Shown: piece by piece, positions 38,901 through 53,900 of the stretch
How the letters are laid out: each line of letters opens with the position of its first letter
Numbering within the stretch: the first letter of the stretch is position 1
Notes under the pieces: generated by a model
Seen by the model: only the letters and a program-made list of their open reading frames with translations
What the model was told of the DNA's origin: nothing
Databases searched by the model: none
Program-made: the position numbers and the translations under genes
Assembly: GCF_009914755.1 (NCBI RefSeq)
Contig: NC_060940.1
Origin: the human T2T-CHM13v2.0 reference genome, Homo sapiens
DNA: 64,000 nt
Reading direction: 5' to 3' (one strand)

Positions 38901-41900
38901 AACTCACAGAGTTTCACCTTTCTTTTCATACAGCATTCTGGAAACCCTCTGTTTGTAAAGTCTGCAAGTGGATATTTGGACCTCTTAGATGCCTTCGTTG
39001 GAAACGGGATTTCTTCATATAATGCTAGAGGGAAGAATTCTTAGTAACTTCTTTGTGTTGTGTGTATTCAACTGACAGAGTTGAACCTTCCTTTAGACAG
39101 AGCAGATTTGAAAGTCTCTTTTTGTGGAATTTGCAAGTGGAGATTTCAAGCGCTTTGAGGCCAAAAGCAGAAAAGGAAATATTTTCCTATAAAAACTAGA
39201 CAGAATCATTCTCAGAAACTGCTCTGTGATGTGTGTGTTCAACTCACAGAGTTTAACTTTCTTTTCATTCAGCAGTTTGGAAACACTCTGTTTGGAAAGT
39301 CTGCACGTGGATATTTTGACCTCTTTGAGGCCTTCGTTGGAAACGGGTTTTTTTCATGTAAGGCTAGACAGAAGAAATCTCAGTAAATTCCTTGTGTTGT
39401 GTGTATTCAACTGACAGAGTTGAACCTTCCTTTAGACAGAGCAGATTCGAAACACTCTTTTTCTGCAATTTGCAAGTGGAGACTTCAAGCGCTTTGAGGC
39501 CAAAGGCAGAAAAGGAAATATCTTCGTATAAAAACCCGACAGAATCATTCTCAGAAACTGCTCTGTGATGTGTGCGTTCAACTCACAGAGTTTAACTTTT
39601 CTTTTCATTCAGCAGTTTGGAAACACTCTGTTTGTAAAGTCTGCAAGTGGATATCTTGGCCTCTTAGAGGCCTTCGTTGGAAACGGGTTTTTTCATGTAA
39701 GGTTAGACAGAGGAATTCCCAGTAACTTCCTTGTGTTGTGTGCATTCAACTCACAGAGTTGAATGATTCTTTACACAGAGCAGATTTGAGACACTCTTTT
39801 GGTGGAATTTGTTAGTGGAGAATTCAGCCGCTTTGAGGTCAACGGTAGAAAAGGAAATATCTTCGTATAAAAACTAGACAGAATGATTCTCAGAAACTGT
39901 TTTGTGATGTGTGCGTTCAACTCACAGAGTTTAACCTTTCTTTTCAAAGAGCAGTTAGGAAACACTCTGTTTGTAAAGTCTGCAAGTGGATATTCAGACC
40001 TCTTTGAGGCCTTCGTTGGAAACGGGATTTCTTCATATTATGCTAGACAGATGAATTCTCAGTAACTTCCTTGTGTTGTGTGTATTCAACTCACAGAGTT
40101 GAACGATCCTTTACACAGAGCAGATTTGAAACACTGTTTTTCTTGAATTTGCAAGTGGAGATTTCAGCCGCTTTGAGGTCAATGGTAGAAAAAGAAATAT
40201 CTTCGTATAAAAACTAGACAGAATGATTCTCAGAAACTCCTTTGTGATGTGTGCGTTCAACTCACAGAGTTTAACCTTTCTTTTCACAGAGCAGTTAGGA
40301 AACACTCTGTTTGTGAAGCCTGCCAGTGGATATTCGGACCTCTTTGAGGCCTTCGTTGGAAACGGGATTTCTTCATATTATGCTAGACAGAAGATTTCTC
40401 AGTAACTTCTTTGTGTTGTGTGTATGCAACTCACAGAGTTCAACCTTCCTTTAGACAGAGCAGATTTGAAACACTCTTTTTGTGGAATTTGCAAGTGGAG
40501 ATTTCAAGCGCTTCGAAGCCAATGGTAGAAAAGGAAATATCTTCGTAGAAAAACAAGACAAACTCGTTCCCAGACACTGCGTAGTGATGTGTGTGTTTAA
40601 CTCACAGAGTTTCACCTTTCTTTTCATACAGCATTCTGGAAACCCTCTGTTTGTAAAGTCTGCAAGTGGATATTTGGACCTCTTAGATGCCTTCGTTGGA
40701 AACGGGATTTCTTCATATAATGCTAGAGGGAAGAATTCTTAGTAACTTCTTTGTGTTGTGTGTATTCAACTGACAGAGTTGAACCTTCCTTTAGACAGAG
40801 CAGATTTGAAAGTCTCTTTTTGTGGAATTTGCAAGTGGAGATTTCAAGCGCTTTGAGGCCAAAAGCAGAAAAGGAAATATTTTCCTATAAAAACTAGACA
40901 GAATCTTTCTCAGAAACTGCTCTGGGATGTGTGCGTTCAACTCACAGAGTTTAACTTTTCTTTTCATTCAGCAGTTTGGAAACACTCTGTTTGGAAAGTC
41001 TGCACGTGGATATTTTGACCTCTTTGAGGCCTTCGTTGGAAACGGGTTTTTTTCATGTAACGCTAGACAGAAGAAATCTCAGTAACTTCCTTGTGTTGTG
41101 TGTATTCAACTGACAGAGTTGAACCTTCCTTTAGACAGAGCAGATTCGAAACACTCTTTTTCTGCAATTTGCAAGTGGAGACTTCAAGCGCTTTGAGGCC
41201 AAAGGCAGAAAAGGAAATATCTTCGTATAAAAACCCGACAGAATCATTCTCAGAAACTGCTCTGTGATGTGTGCGTTCAACTCACAGAGTTTAACTTTTC
41301 TTTTCATTCAGCAGTTTGGAAACACTCTGTTTGTAAAGTCTGCAAGTGGATATCTTGGCCTCTTAGAGGCCTTCGTTGGAAACGGGTTTTTTCATGTAAG
41401 GTTAGACAGAGGAATTCCCAGTAACTTCCTTGTGTTGTGTGCATTCAACTCACAGAGTTGAATGATTCTTTACACAGAGCAGATTTGAGACACTCTTTTG
41501 GTGGAATTTGTAAGTGGAGAATTCAGCCGCTTTGAGGTCAACGGTAGAAGAGGAAATATCTTCGTATAAAAACTAGACAGAATGATTCTCAGAAACTGTT
41601 TTGTGATGTGTGCGTTCAACTCACAGAGTTTAACCTTTCTTTTCAAAGAGCAGTTAGGAAACACTCTGTTTGTAAAGTCTGCAAGTGGATATTCAGACCT
41701 CTTTGAGGCCTTCGTTGGAAACGGGATTTCTTCATATTATGCTAGACAGATGAATTCTCAGTAACTTCCTTGTGTTGTGTGTATTCAACTCACAGAGTTG
41801 AACGATCCTTTACACAGAGCAGATTTGAAACACTGTTTTTCTGGAATTTGCAAGTGGAGATTTCAGCCGCTTTGAGGTCAATGGTAGAAAAAGAAATATC

Positions 41901-44900
41901 TTCGTATAAAAACTAGACAGAATGATTCTCAGAAACTCCTTTGTGATGTGTGCGTTCAACTCACAGAGTTTAACCTTTCTTTTCACAGAGCAGTTAGGAA
42001 ACACTCTGTTTGTGAAGCCTGCCAGTGGATATTCGGACCTCTTTGAGGCCTTCGTTGGAAACGGGATTTCTTCATATTATGCTAGACAGAAGATTTCTCA
42101 GTAACTTCTTTGTGTTGTGTGTATGCAACTCACAGAGTTCAACCTTCCTTTAGACAGAGCAGATTTGAAACACTCTTTTTGTGGAATTTGCAAGTGGAGA
42201 TTTCAAGCGCTTCGATGCCAATGGTAGAAAAGGAAATATCTTCGTATAAAAACAAGACAAACTCGTTCCCAGACACTGCGTAGTGATGTGTGTGTTTAAC
42301 TCACAGAGTTTCACCTTTCTTTTCATACAGCATTCTGGAAACCCTCTGTTTGTAAAGTCTGCAAGTGGATATTTGGACCTCTTAGATGCCTTCGTTGGAA
42401 ACGGTATTTCTTCATATAATGCTAGAGGGAAGAATTCTTAGTAACTTCTTTGTGTTGTGTGTATTCAACTGACAGAGTTGAACCTTCCTTTAGACAGAGC
42501 AGATTTGAAAGTCTCTTTTTGTGGAATTTGCAAGTGGAGATTTCAAGCGCTTTGAGGCCAAAAGCAGAAAAGGAAATATTTTCCTATAAAAACTAGACAG
42601 AATCTTTCTCAGAAACTGCTCTGGGATGTGTGTGTTCAACTCACAGAGTTTAACTTTTCTTTTCATTCAGCAGTTTGGAAACACTCTGTTTGGAAAGTCT
42701 GCACGTGGATATTTTGACCTCTTTGAGGCCTTCGTTGGAAACGGGTTTTTTTCATGTAAGGCTAGACAGAAGAAATCTCAGTAACTTCCTTGTGTTGTGT
42801 GTATTCAACTGACAGAGTTGAACCTTCTTTTAGACAGAGCAGATTCGAAACACTCTTTTTCTGCAATTTGCAAGTGGAGACTTCAAGCGCTTTGAGGCCA
42901 AAGGCAGAAAAGGAAATATCTTCGTATAAAAACCCGACAGAATCATTCTCAGAAACTGCTCTGTGATGTGTGCGTTCAACTCACAGAGTTTAACTTTTCT
43001 TTTCATTCAGCAGTTTGGAAACACTCTGTTTGTAAAGTCTGCAAGTGGATATCTTGGCCTCTTAGAGGCCTTCGTTGGAAACGGGTTTTTTCATGTAAGG
43101 TTAGACAGAGGAATTCCCAGTAACTTCCTTGTGTTGTGTGCATTCAACTCACAGAGTTGAATGATTCTTTACACAGAGCAGATTTGAGACACTCTTTTGG
43201 TGGAATTTGTAAGTGGAGAATTCAGCCGCTTTGAGGTCAACGGTAGAAAAGGAAATATCTTCGTATAAAAACTAGACAGAATGATTCTCAGAAACTGTTT
43301 TGTGATGTGTGCGTTCAACTCACAGAGTTTAACCTTTCTTTTCAAAGAGCAGTTAGGAAACACTCTGTTTGTAAAGTCTGCAAGTGGATATTCAGACCTC
43401 TTTGAGGCCTTCGTTGGAAACGGGATTTCTTCATATTATGCTAGACAGATGAATTCTCAGTAACTTCCTTGTGTTGTGTGTATTCAACTCACAGAGTTGA
43501 ACGATCCTTTACACAGAGCAGATTTGAAACACTGTTTTTCTGGAATTTGCAAGTGGAGATTTCAGCCGCTTTGAGGTCAATGGTAGAAAAAGAAATATCT
43601 TCGTATAAAAACTAGACAGAATGATTCTCAGAAACTCCTTTGTGATGTGTGCATTCAACTCACAGAGTTTAACCTTTCTTTTCACAGAGCAGTTAGGAAA
43701 CACTCTGTTTGTGAAGCCTGCCAGTGGATATTCGGACCTCTTTGAGGCCTTCGTTGGAAACGGGATTTCTTCATATTATGCTAGACAGAAGATTTCTCAG
43801 TAACTTCTTTGTGTTGTGTGTATGCAACTCACAGAGTTCAACCTTCCTTTAGACAGAGCAGATTTGAAACACTCTTTTTGTGGAATTTGCAAGTGGAGAT
43901 TTCAAGCGCTTCGATGCCAATGGTAGAAAAGGAAATATCTTCGTATAAAAACAAGACAAACTCGTTCCCAGACACTGCGTAGTGATGTGTGTGTTTAACT
44001 CACAGAGTTTAACCTTTCTTTTCATACAGCATTCTGGAAACCCTCTGTTTGTAAAGTCTGCAAGTGGATATTTGGACCTCTTAGATGCCTTCGTTGGAAA
44101 CGGGATTTCTTCATATAATGCTAGAGGGAAGAATTCTTAGTAACTTCTTTGTGTTGTGTGTATTCAACTGACAGAGTTGAACCTTCCTTTAGACAGAGCA
44201 GATTTGAAAGTCTCTTTTTGTGGAATTTGCAAGTGGAGATTTCAAGCGCTTTGAGGCCAAAAGCAGAAAAGGAAATATTTTCCTATAAAAACTAGACAGA
44301 ATCTTTCTCAGAAACTGCTCTGGGATGTGTGCGTTCAACTCACAGAGTTTAACTTTTCTTTTCATTCAGCAGTTTGGAAACACTCTGTTTGGAAAGTCTG
44401 CACGTGGATATTTTGACCTCTTTGAGGCCTTCGTTGGAAACGGGTTTTTTTCATGTAACGCTAGACAGAAGAAATCTCAGTAACTTCCTTGTGTTGTGTG
44501 TATTCAACTGACAGAGTTGAACCTTCCTTTAGACAGAGCAGATTCGAAACTCTCTTTTTCTGCAATTTGCAAGTGGAGACTTCAAGCGCTTTGAGGCCAA
44601 AGGCAGAAAAGGAAATATCTTCGTATAAAAACCCGACAGAATCATTCTCAGAAACTGCTCTGTGATGTGTGCGTTCAACTCACAGAGTTTAACTTTTCTT
44701 TTCATTCAGCAGTTTGGAAACACTCTGTTTGTAAAGTCTGCAAGTGGATATCTTGGCCTCTTAGAGGCCTTCGTTGGAAACGGGTTTTTTCATGTAAGGT
44801 TAGACAGAGGAATTCCCAGTAACTTCCTTGTGTTGTGTGCATTCAACTCACAGAGTTGAATGATTCTTTACACAGAGCAGATTTGAGACACTCTTTTGGT

Positions 44901-47900
44901 GGAATTTGTAAGTGGAGAATTCAGCCGCTTTGAGGTCAACGGTAGAAAAGGAAATATCTTCGTATAAAAACTAGACAGAATGATTCTCAGAAACTGTTTT
45001 GTGATGTGTGCGTTCAACTCACAGAGTTTAACCTTTCTTTTCAAAGAGCAGTTAGGAAACACTCTGTTTGTAAAGTCTGCAAGTGGATATTCAGACCTCT
45101 TTGAGGCCTTCGTTGGAAACGGGATTTCTTCATATTATGCTAGACAGATGAATTCTCAGTAACTTCCTTGTGTTGTGTGTATTCAACTCACAGAGTTGAA
45201 CGATCCTTTACACAGAGCAGATTTGAAACACTGTTTTTCTGGAATTTGCAAGTGGAGATTTCAGCCGCTTTGAGGTCAATGGTAGAAAAAGAAATATCTT
45301 CGTATAAAAACTAGACAGAATGATTCTCAGAAACTCCTTTGTGATGTGTGCGTTCAACTCACAGAGTTTAACCTTTCTTTTCACAGAGCAGTTAGGAAAC
45401 ACTCTGTTTGTGAAGCCTGCCAGTGGATATTCGGACCTCTTTGAGGCCTTCGTTGGAAACGGGATTTCTTCATATTATGCTAGACAGAAGATTTCTCAGT
45501 AACTTCTTTGTGTTGTGTGTATGCAACTCACAGAGTTCAACCTTCCTTTAGACAGAGCAGATTTGAAACACTCTTTTTGTGGAATTTGCAAGTGGAGATT
45601 TCAAGCGCTTCGATGCCAATGGTAGAAAAGGAAATATCTTCGTATAAAAACAAGACAAACTCGTTCCCAGACACTGCGTAGTGATGTGTGTGTTTAACTC
45701 ACAGAGTTTCACCTTTCTTTTCATACAGCATTCTGGAAACCCTCTGTTTGTAAAGTCTGCAAGTGGATATTTGGACCTCTTAGATGCCTTCGTTGGAAAC
45801 GGTATTTCTTCATATAATGCTAGAGGGAAGAATTCTTAGTAACTTCTTTGTGTTGTGTGTATTCAACTGACAGAGTTGAACCTTCCTTTAGACAGAGCAG
45901 ATTTGAAAGTCTCTTTTTGTGGAATTTGCAAGTGGAGATTTCAAGCGCTTTGAGGCCAAAAGCAGAAAAGGAAATATTTTCCTATAAAAACTAGACAGAA
46001 TCTTTCTCAGAAACTGCTCTGGGATGTGTGTGTTCAACTCACAGAGTTTAACTTTTCTTTTCATTCAGCAGTTTGGAAACACTCTGTTTGGAAAGTCTGC
46101 ACGTGGATATTTTGACCTCTTTGAGGCCTTCGTTGGAAACGGGTTTTTTTCATGTAAGGCTAGACAGAAGAAATCTCAGTAACTTCCTTGTGTTGTGTGT
46201 ATTCAACTGACAGAGTTGAACCTTCTTTTAGACAGAGCAGATTCGAAACACTCTTTTTCTGCAATTTGCAAGTGGAGACTTCAAGCGCTTTGAGGCCAAA
46301 GGCAGAAAAGGAAATATCTTCGTATAAAAACCCGACAGAATCATTCTCAGAAACTGCTCTGTGATGTGTGCGTTCAACTCACAGAGTTTAACTTTTCTTT
46401 TCATTCAGCAGTTTGGAAACACTCTGTTTGTAAAGTCTGCAAGTGGATATCTTGGCCTCTTAGAGGCCTTCGTTGGAAACGGGTTTTTTCATGTAAGGTT
46501 AGACAGAGGAATTCCCAGTAACTTCCTTGTGTTGTGTGCATTCAACTCACAGAGTTGAATGATTCTTTACACAGAGCAGATTTGAGACACTCTTTTGGTG
46601 GAATTTGTAAGTGGAGAATTCAGCCGCTTTGAGGTCAACGGTAGAAAAGGAAATATCTTCGTATAAAAACTAGACAGAATGATTCTCAGAAACTGTTTTG
46701 TGATGTGTGCGTTCAACTCACAGAGTTTAACCTTTCTTTTCAAAGAGCAGTTAGGAAACACTCTGTTTGTAAAGTCTGCAAGTGGATATTCAGACCTCTT
46801 TGAGGCCTTCGTTGGAAACGGGATTTCTTCATATTATGCTAGACAGATGAATTCTCAGTAACTTCCTTGTGTTGTGTGTATTCAACTCACAGAGTTGAAC
46901 GATCCTTTACACAGAGCAGATTTGAAACACTGTTTTTCTGGAATTTGCAAGTGGAGATTTCAGCCGCTTTGAGGTCAATGGTAGAAAAAGAAATATCTTC
47001 GTATAAAAACTAGACAGAATGATTCTCAGAAACTCCTTTGTGATGTGTGCATTCAACTCACAGAGTTTAACCTTTCTTTTCACAGAGCAGTTAGGAAACA
47101 CTCTGTTTGTGAAGCCTGCCAGTGGATATTCGGACCTCTTTGAGGCCTTCGTTGGAAACGGGATTTCTTCATATTATGCTAGACAGAAGATTTCTCAGTA
47201 ACTTCTTTGTGTTGTGTGTATGCAACTCACAGAGTTCAACCTTCCTTTAGACAGAGCAGATTTGAAACACTCTTTTTGTGGAATTTGCAAGTGGAGATTT
47301 CAAGCGCTTCGATGCCAATGGTAGAAAAGGAAATATCTTCGTATAAAAACAAGACAAACTCGTTCCCAGACACTGCGTAGTGATGTGTGTGTTTAACTCA
47401 CAGAGTTTAACCTTTCTTTTCATACAGCATTCTGGAAACCCTCTGTTTGTAAAGTCTGCAAGTGGATATTTGGACCTCTTAGATGCCTTCGTTGGAAACG
47501 GGATTTCTTCATATAATGCTAGAGGGAAGAATTCTTAGTAACTTCTTTGTGTTGTGTGTATTCAACTGACAGAGTTGAACCTTCCTTTAGACAGAGCAGA
47601 TTTGAAAGTCTCTTTTTGTGGAATTTGCAAGTGGAGATTTCAAGCGCTTTGAGGCCAAAAGCAGAAAAGGAAATATTTTCCTATAAAAACTAGACAGAAT
47701 CTTTCTCAGAAACTGCTCTGTGATGTGTGTGTTCAACTCACAGAGTTTAACTTTCTTTTCATTCAGCAGTTTGGAAACACTCTGTTTGGAAAGTCTGCAC
47801 GTGGATATTTTGACCTCTTTGAGGCCTTCGTTGGAAACGGGTTTTTTTCATGTAACACTAGACAGAAGAAATCTCAGTAACTTCCTTGTGTTGTGTGTAT

Positions 47901-50900
47901 TCAACTGACAGAGTTGAACCTTCCTTTAGACAGAGCAGATTCGAAACACTCTTTTTCTGCAATTTGCAAGTGGAGACTTCAAGCGCTTTGAGGCCAAAGG
48001 CAGAAAAGGAAATATCTTCGTATAAAAACCCGACAGAATCATTCTCAGAAACTGCTCTGTGATGTGTGCGTTCAACTCACAGAGTTTAACTTTTCTTTTC
48101 ATTCAGCAGTTTGGAAACACTCTGTTTGTAAAGTCTGCAAGTGGATATCTTGGCCTCTTAGAGGCCTTCGTTGGAAACGGGTTTTTTCATGTAAGGTTAG
48201 ACAGAGGAATTCCCAGTAACTTCCTTGTGTTGTGTGCATTCAACTCACAGAGTTGAATGATTCTTTACACAGAGCAGATTTGAGACACTCTTTTGGTGGA
48301 ATTTGTAAGTGGAGAATTCAGCCGCTTTGAGGTCAACGGTAGAAAAGGAAATATCTTCGTATAAAAACTAGACAGAATGATTCTCAGAAACTGTTTTGTG
48401 ATGTGTGCGTTCAACTCACAGAGTTTAACCTTTCTTTTCAAAGAGCAGTTAGGAAACACTCTGTTTGTAAAGTCTGCAAGTGGATATTCAGACCTCTTTG
48501 AGGCCTTCGTTGGAAACGGGATTTCTTCATATTATGCTAGACAGATGAATTCTCAGTAACTTCCTTGTGTTGTGTGTATTCAACTCACAGAGTTGAACGA
48601 TCCTTTACACAGAGCAGATTTGAAACACTGTTTTTCTGGAATTTGCAAGTGGAGATTTCAGCCGCTTTGAGGTCAATGGTAGAAAAAGAAATATCTTCGT
48701 ATAAAAACTAGACAGAATGATTCTCAGAAACTCCTTTGTGATGTGTGCGTTCAACTCACAGAGTTTAACCTTTCTTTTCACAGAGCAGTTAGGAAACACT
48801 CTGTTTGTGAAGCCTGCCAGTGGATATTCGGACCTCTTTGAGGCCTTCGTTGGAAACGGGATTTCTTCATATTATGCTAGACAGAAGATTTCTCAGTAAC
48901 TTCTTTGTGTTGTGTGTATGCAACTCACAGAGTTCAACCTTCCTTTAGACAGAGCAGATTTGAAACACTCTTTTTGTGGAATTTGCAAGTGGAGATTTCA
49001 AGCGCTTCGATGCCAATGGTAGAAAAGGAAATATCTTCGTATAAAAACAAGACAAACTCGTTCCCAGACACTGCGTAGTGATGTGTGTGTTTAACTCACA
49101 GAGTTTCACCTTTCTTTTCATACAGCATTCTGGAAACCCTCTGTTTGTAAAGTCTGCAAGTGGATATTTGGACCTCTTAGATGCCTTCGTTGGAAACGGG
49201 ATTTCTTCATATAATGCTAGAGGGAAGAATTCTTAGTAACTTCTTTGTGTTGTGTGTATTCAACTGACAGAGTTGAACCTTCCTTTAGACAGAGCAGATT
49301 TGAAAGTCTCTTTTTGTGGAATTTGCAAGTGGAGATTTCAAGCGCTTTGAGGCCAAAAGCAGAAAAGGAAATATTTTCCTATAAAAACTAGACAGAATCA
49401 TTCTCAGAAACTGCTCTGTGATGTGTGTGTTCAACTCACAGAGTTTAACTTTCTTTTCATTCAGCAGTTTGGAAACACTCTGTTTGGAAAGTCTGCACGT
49501 GGATATTTTGACCTCTTTGAGGCCTTCGTTGGAAACGGGTTTTTTTAATGTAACGCTAGACAGAAGAAATCTCAGTAACTTCCTTGTGTTGTGTGTATTC
49601 AACTGACAGAGTTGAACCTTCCTTTAGACAGAGCAGATTCGAAACACTCTTTTTCTGCAATTTGCAAGTGGAGACTTCAAGCGCTTTGAGGCCAAAGGCA
49701 GAAAAGGAAATATCTTCATATAAAAACCCGACAGAATCATTCTCAGAAACTGCTCTGTGATGTGTGCGTTCAACTCACAGAGTTTAACTTTTCTTTTCAT
49801 TCAGCAGTTTGGAAACACTCTGTTTGTAAAGTCTGCAAGTGGATATCTTGGCCTCTTAGAGGCCTTCGTTGGAAACGGGTTTTTTCATGTAAGGTTAGAC
49901 AGAGGAATTCCCAGTAACTTCCTTGTGTTGTGTGCATTCAACTCACAGAGTTGAATGATTCTTTACACAGAGCAGATTTGAGACACTCTTTTGGTGGAAT
50001 TTGTAAGTGGAGAATTCAGCCGCTTTGAGGTCAACGGTAGAAAAGGAAATATCTTCGTATAAAAACTAGACAGAATGATTCTCAGAAACTGTTTTGTGAT
50101 GTGTGCGTTCAACTCACAGAGTTTAACCTTTCTTTTCAAAGAGCAGTTAGGAAACACTCTGTTTGTAAAGTCTGCAAGTGGATATTCAGACCTCTTTGAG
50201 GCCTTCGTTGGAAACGGGATTTCTTCATATTATGCTAGACAGATGAATTCTCAGTAACTTCCTTGTGTTGTGTGTATTCAACTCACAGAGTTGAACGATC
50301 CTTTACACAGAGCAGATTTGAAACACTGTTTTTCTGGAATTTGCAAGTGGAGATTTCAGCCGCTTTGAGGTCAATGGTAGAAAAAGAAATATCTTCGTAT
50401 AAAAACTAGACAGAATGATTCTCAGAAACTCCTTTGTGATGTGTGCGTTCAACTCACAGAGTTTAACCTTTCTTTTCACAGAGCAGTTAGGAAACACTCT
50501 GTTTGTGAAGCCTGCCAGTGGATATTCGGACCTCTTTGAGGCCTTCGTTGGAAACGGGATTTCTTCATATTATGCTAGACAGAAGATTTCTCAGTAACTT
50601 CTTTGTGTTGTGTGTATGCAACTCACAGAGTTCAACCTTCCTTTAGACAGAGCAGATTTGAAACACTCTTTTTGTGGAATTTGCAAGTGGAGATTTCAAG
50701 CGCTTCGATGCCAATGGTAGAAAAGGAAATATCTTCGTATAAAAACAAGACAAACTCGTTCCCAGACACTGCGTAGTGATGTGTGTGTTTAACTCACAGA
50801 GTTTCACCTTTCTTTTCATACAGCATTCTGGAAACCCTCTGTTTGTAAAGTCTGCAAGTGGATATTTGGACCTCTTAGATGCCTTCGTTGGAAACGGGAT

Positions 50901-53900
50901 TTCTTCATATAATGCTAGAGGGAAGAATTCTTAGTAACTTCTTTGTGTTGTGTGTATTCAACTGACAGAGTTGAACCTTCCTTTAGACAGAGCAGATTTG
51001 AAAGTCTCTTTTTGTGGAATTTGCAAGTGGAGATTTCAAGCGCTTTGAGGCCAAAAGCAGAAAAGGAAATGTTTTCCTATAAAAACTAGACAGAATCTTT
51101 CTCAGAAACTGCTCTGGGATGTGTGCGTTCAACTCACAGAGTTTAACTTTTCTTTTCATTCAGCAGTTTGGAAACACTCTGTTTGGAAAGTCTGCACGTG
51201 GATATTTTGACCTCTTTGAGGCCTTCGTTGGAAACGGGTTTTTTTCATGTAAGGCTAGACAGAAGAAATCTCAGTAACTTCCTTGTGTTGTGTGTATTCA
51301 ACTGACAGAGTTGAACCTTCCTTTAGACAGAGCAGATTCGAAACACTCTTTTTCTGCAATTTGCAAGTGGAGACTTCAAGCGCTTTGAGGCCAAAGGCAG
51401 AAAAGGAAATATCTTCGTATAAAAACCCGACAGAATCATTCTCAGAAACTGCTCTGTGATGTGTGCGTTCAACTCACAGAGTTTAACTTTTCTTTTCATT
51501 CAGCAGTTTGGAAACACTCTGTTTGTAAAGTCTGCAAGTGGATATCTTGGCCTCTTAGAGGCCTTCGTTGGAAACGGGTTTTTTCATGTAAGGTTAGACA
51601 GAGGAATTCCCAGTAACTTCCTTGTGTTGTGTGCATTCAACTCACAGAGTTGAATGATTCTTTACACAGAGCAGATTTGAGACACTCTTTTGGTGGAATT
51701 TGTAAGTGGAGAATTCAGCCGCTTTGAGGTCAACGGTAGAAAAGGAAATATCTTCGTATAAAAACTAGACAGAATGATTCTCAGAAACTGTTTTGTGATG
51801 TGTGCGTTCAACTCACAGAGTTTAACCTTTCTTTTCAAAGAGCAGTTAGGAAACACTCTGTTTGTAAAGTCTGCAAGTGGATATTCAGACCTCTTTGAGG
51901 CCTTCGTTGGAAACGGGATTTCTTCATATTATGCTAGACAGATGAATTCTCAGTAACTTCCTTGTGTTGTGTGTATTCAACTCACAGAGTTGAACGATCC
52001 TTTACACAGAGCAGATTTGAAACACTGTTTTTCTGGAATTTGCAAGTGGAGATTTCAGCCGCTTTGAGGTCAATGGTAGAAAAAGAAATATCTTCGTATA
52101 AAAACTAGACAGAATGATTCTCAGAAACTCCTTTGTGATGTGTGCGTTCAACTCACAGAGTTTAACCTTTCTTTTCACAGAGCAGTTAGGAAACACTCTG
52201 TTTGTGAAGCCTGCCAGTGGATATTCGGACCTCTTTGAGGCCTTCGTTGGAAACGGGATTTCTTCATATTATGCTAGACAGAAGATTTCTCAGTAACTTC
52301 TTTGTGTTGTGTGTATGCAACTCACAGAGTTCAACCTTCCTTTAGACAGAGCAGATTTGAAACACTCTTTTTGTGGAATTTGCAAGTGGAGATTTCAAGC
52401 GCTTCGATGCCAATGGTAGAAAAGGAAATATCTTCGTATAAAAACAAGACAAACTCGTTCCCAGACACTGCGTAGTGATGTGTGTGTTTAACTCACAGAG
52501 TTTCACCTTTCTTTTCATACAGCATTCTGGAAACCCTCTGTTTGTAAAGTCTGCAAGTGGATATTTGGACCTCTTAGATGCCTTCGTTGGAAACGGGATT
52601 TCTTCATATAATGCTAGAGGGAAGAATTCTTAGTAACTTCTTTGTGTTGTGTGTATTCAACTGACAGAGTTGAACCTTCCTTTAGACAGAGCAGATTTGA
52701 AAGTCTCTTTTTGTGGAATTTGCAAGTGGAGATTTCAAGCGCTTTGAGGCCAAAAGCAGAAAAGGAAATATTTTCCTATAAAAACTAGACAGAATCATTC
52801 TCAGAAACTGCTCTGTGATGTGTGTGTTCAACTCACAGAGTTTAACTTTCTTTTCATTCAGCAGTTTGGAAACACTCTGTTTGGAAAGTCTGCACGTGGA
52901 TATTTTGACCTCTTTGAGGCCTTCGTTGGAAACGGGTTTTTTTAATGTAACGCTAGACAGAAGAAATCTCAGTAACTTCCTTGTGTTGTGTGTATTCAAC
53001 TGACAGAGTTGAACCTTCCTTTAGACAGAGCAGATTCGAAACACTCTTTTTCTGCAATTTGCAAGTGGAGACTTCAAGCGCTTTGAGGCCAAAGGCAGAA
53101 AAGGAAATATCTTCATATAAAAACCCGACAGAATCATTCTCAGAAACTGCTCTGTGATGTGTGCGTTCAACTCACAGAGTTTAACTTTTCTTTTCATTCA
53201 GCAGTTTGGAAACACTCTGTTTGTAAAGTCTGCAAGTGGATATCTTGGCCTCTTAGAGGCCTTCGTTGGAAACGGGTTTTTTCATGTAAGGTTAGACAGA
53301 GGAATTCCCAGTAACTTCCTTGTGTTGTGTGCATTCAACTCACAGAGTTGAATGATTCTTTACACAGAGCAGATTTGAGACACTCTTTTGGTGGAATTTG
53401 TAAGTGGAGAATTCAGCCGCTTTGAGGTCAACGGTAGAAAAGGAAATATCTTCGTATAAAAACTAGACAGAATGATTCTCAGAAACTGTTTTGTGATGTG
53501 TGCGTTCAACTCACAGAGTTTAACCTTTCTTTTCAAAGAGCAGTTAGGAAACACTCTGTTTGTAAAGTCTGCAAGTGGATATTCAGACCTCTTTGAGGCC
53601 TTCGTTGGAAACGGGATTTCTTCATATTATGCTAGACAGATGAATTCTCAGTAACTTCCTTGTGTTGTGTGTATTCAACTCACAGAGTTGAACGATCCTT
53701 TACACAGAGCAGATTTGAAACACTGTTTTTCTGGAATTTGCAAGTGGAGATTTCAGCCGCTTTGAGGTCAATGGTAGAAAAAGAAATATCTTCGTATAAA
53801 AACTAGACAGAATGATTCTCAGAAACTCCTTTGTGATGTGTGCGTTCAACTCACAGAGTTTAACCTTTCTTTTCACAGAGCAGTTAGGAAACACTCTGTT

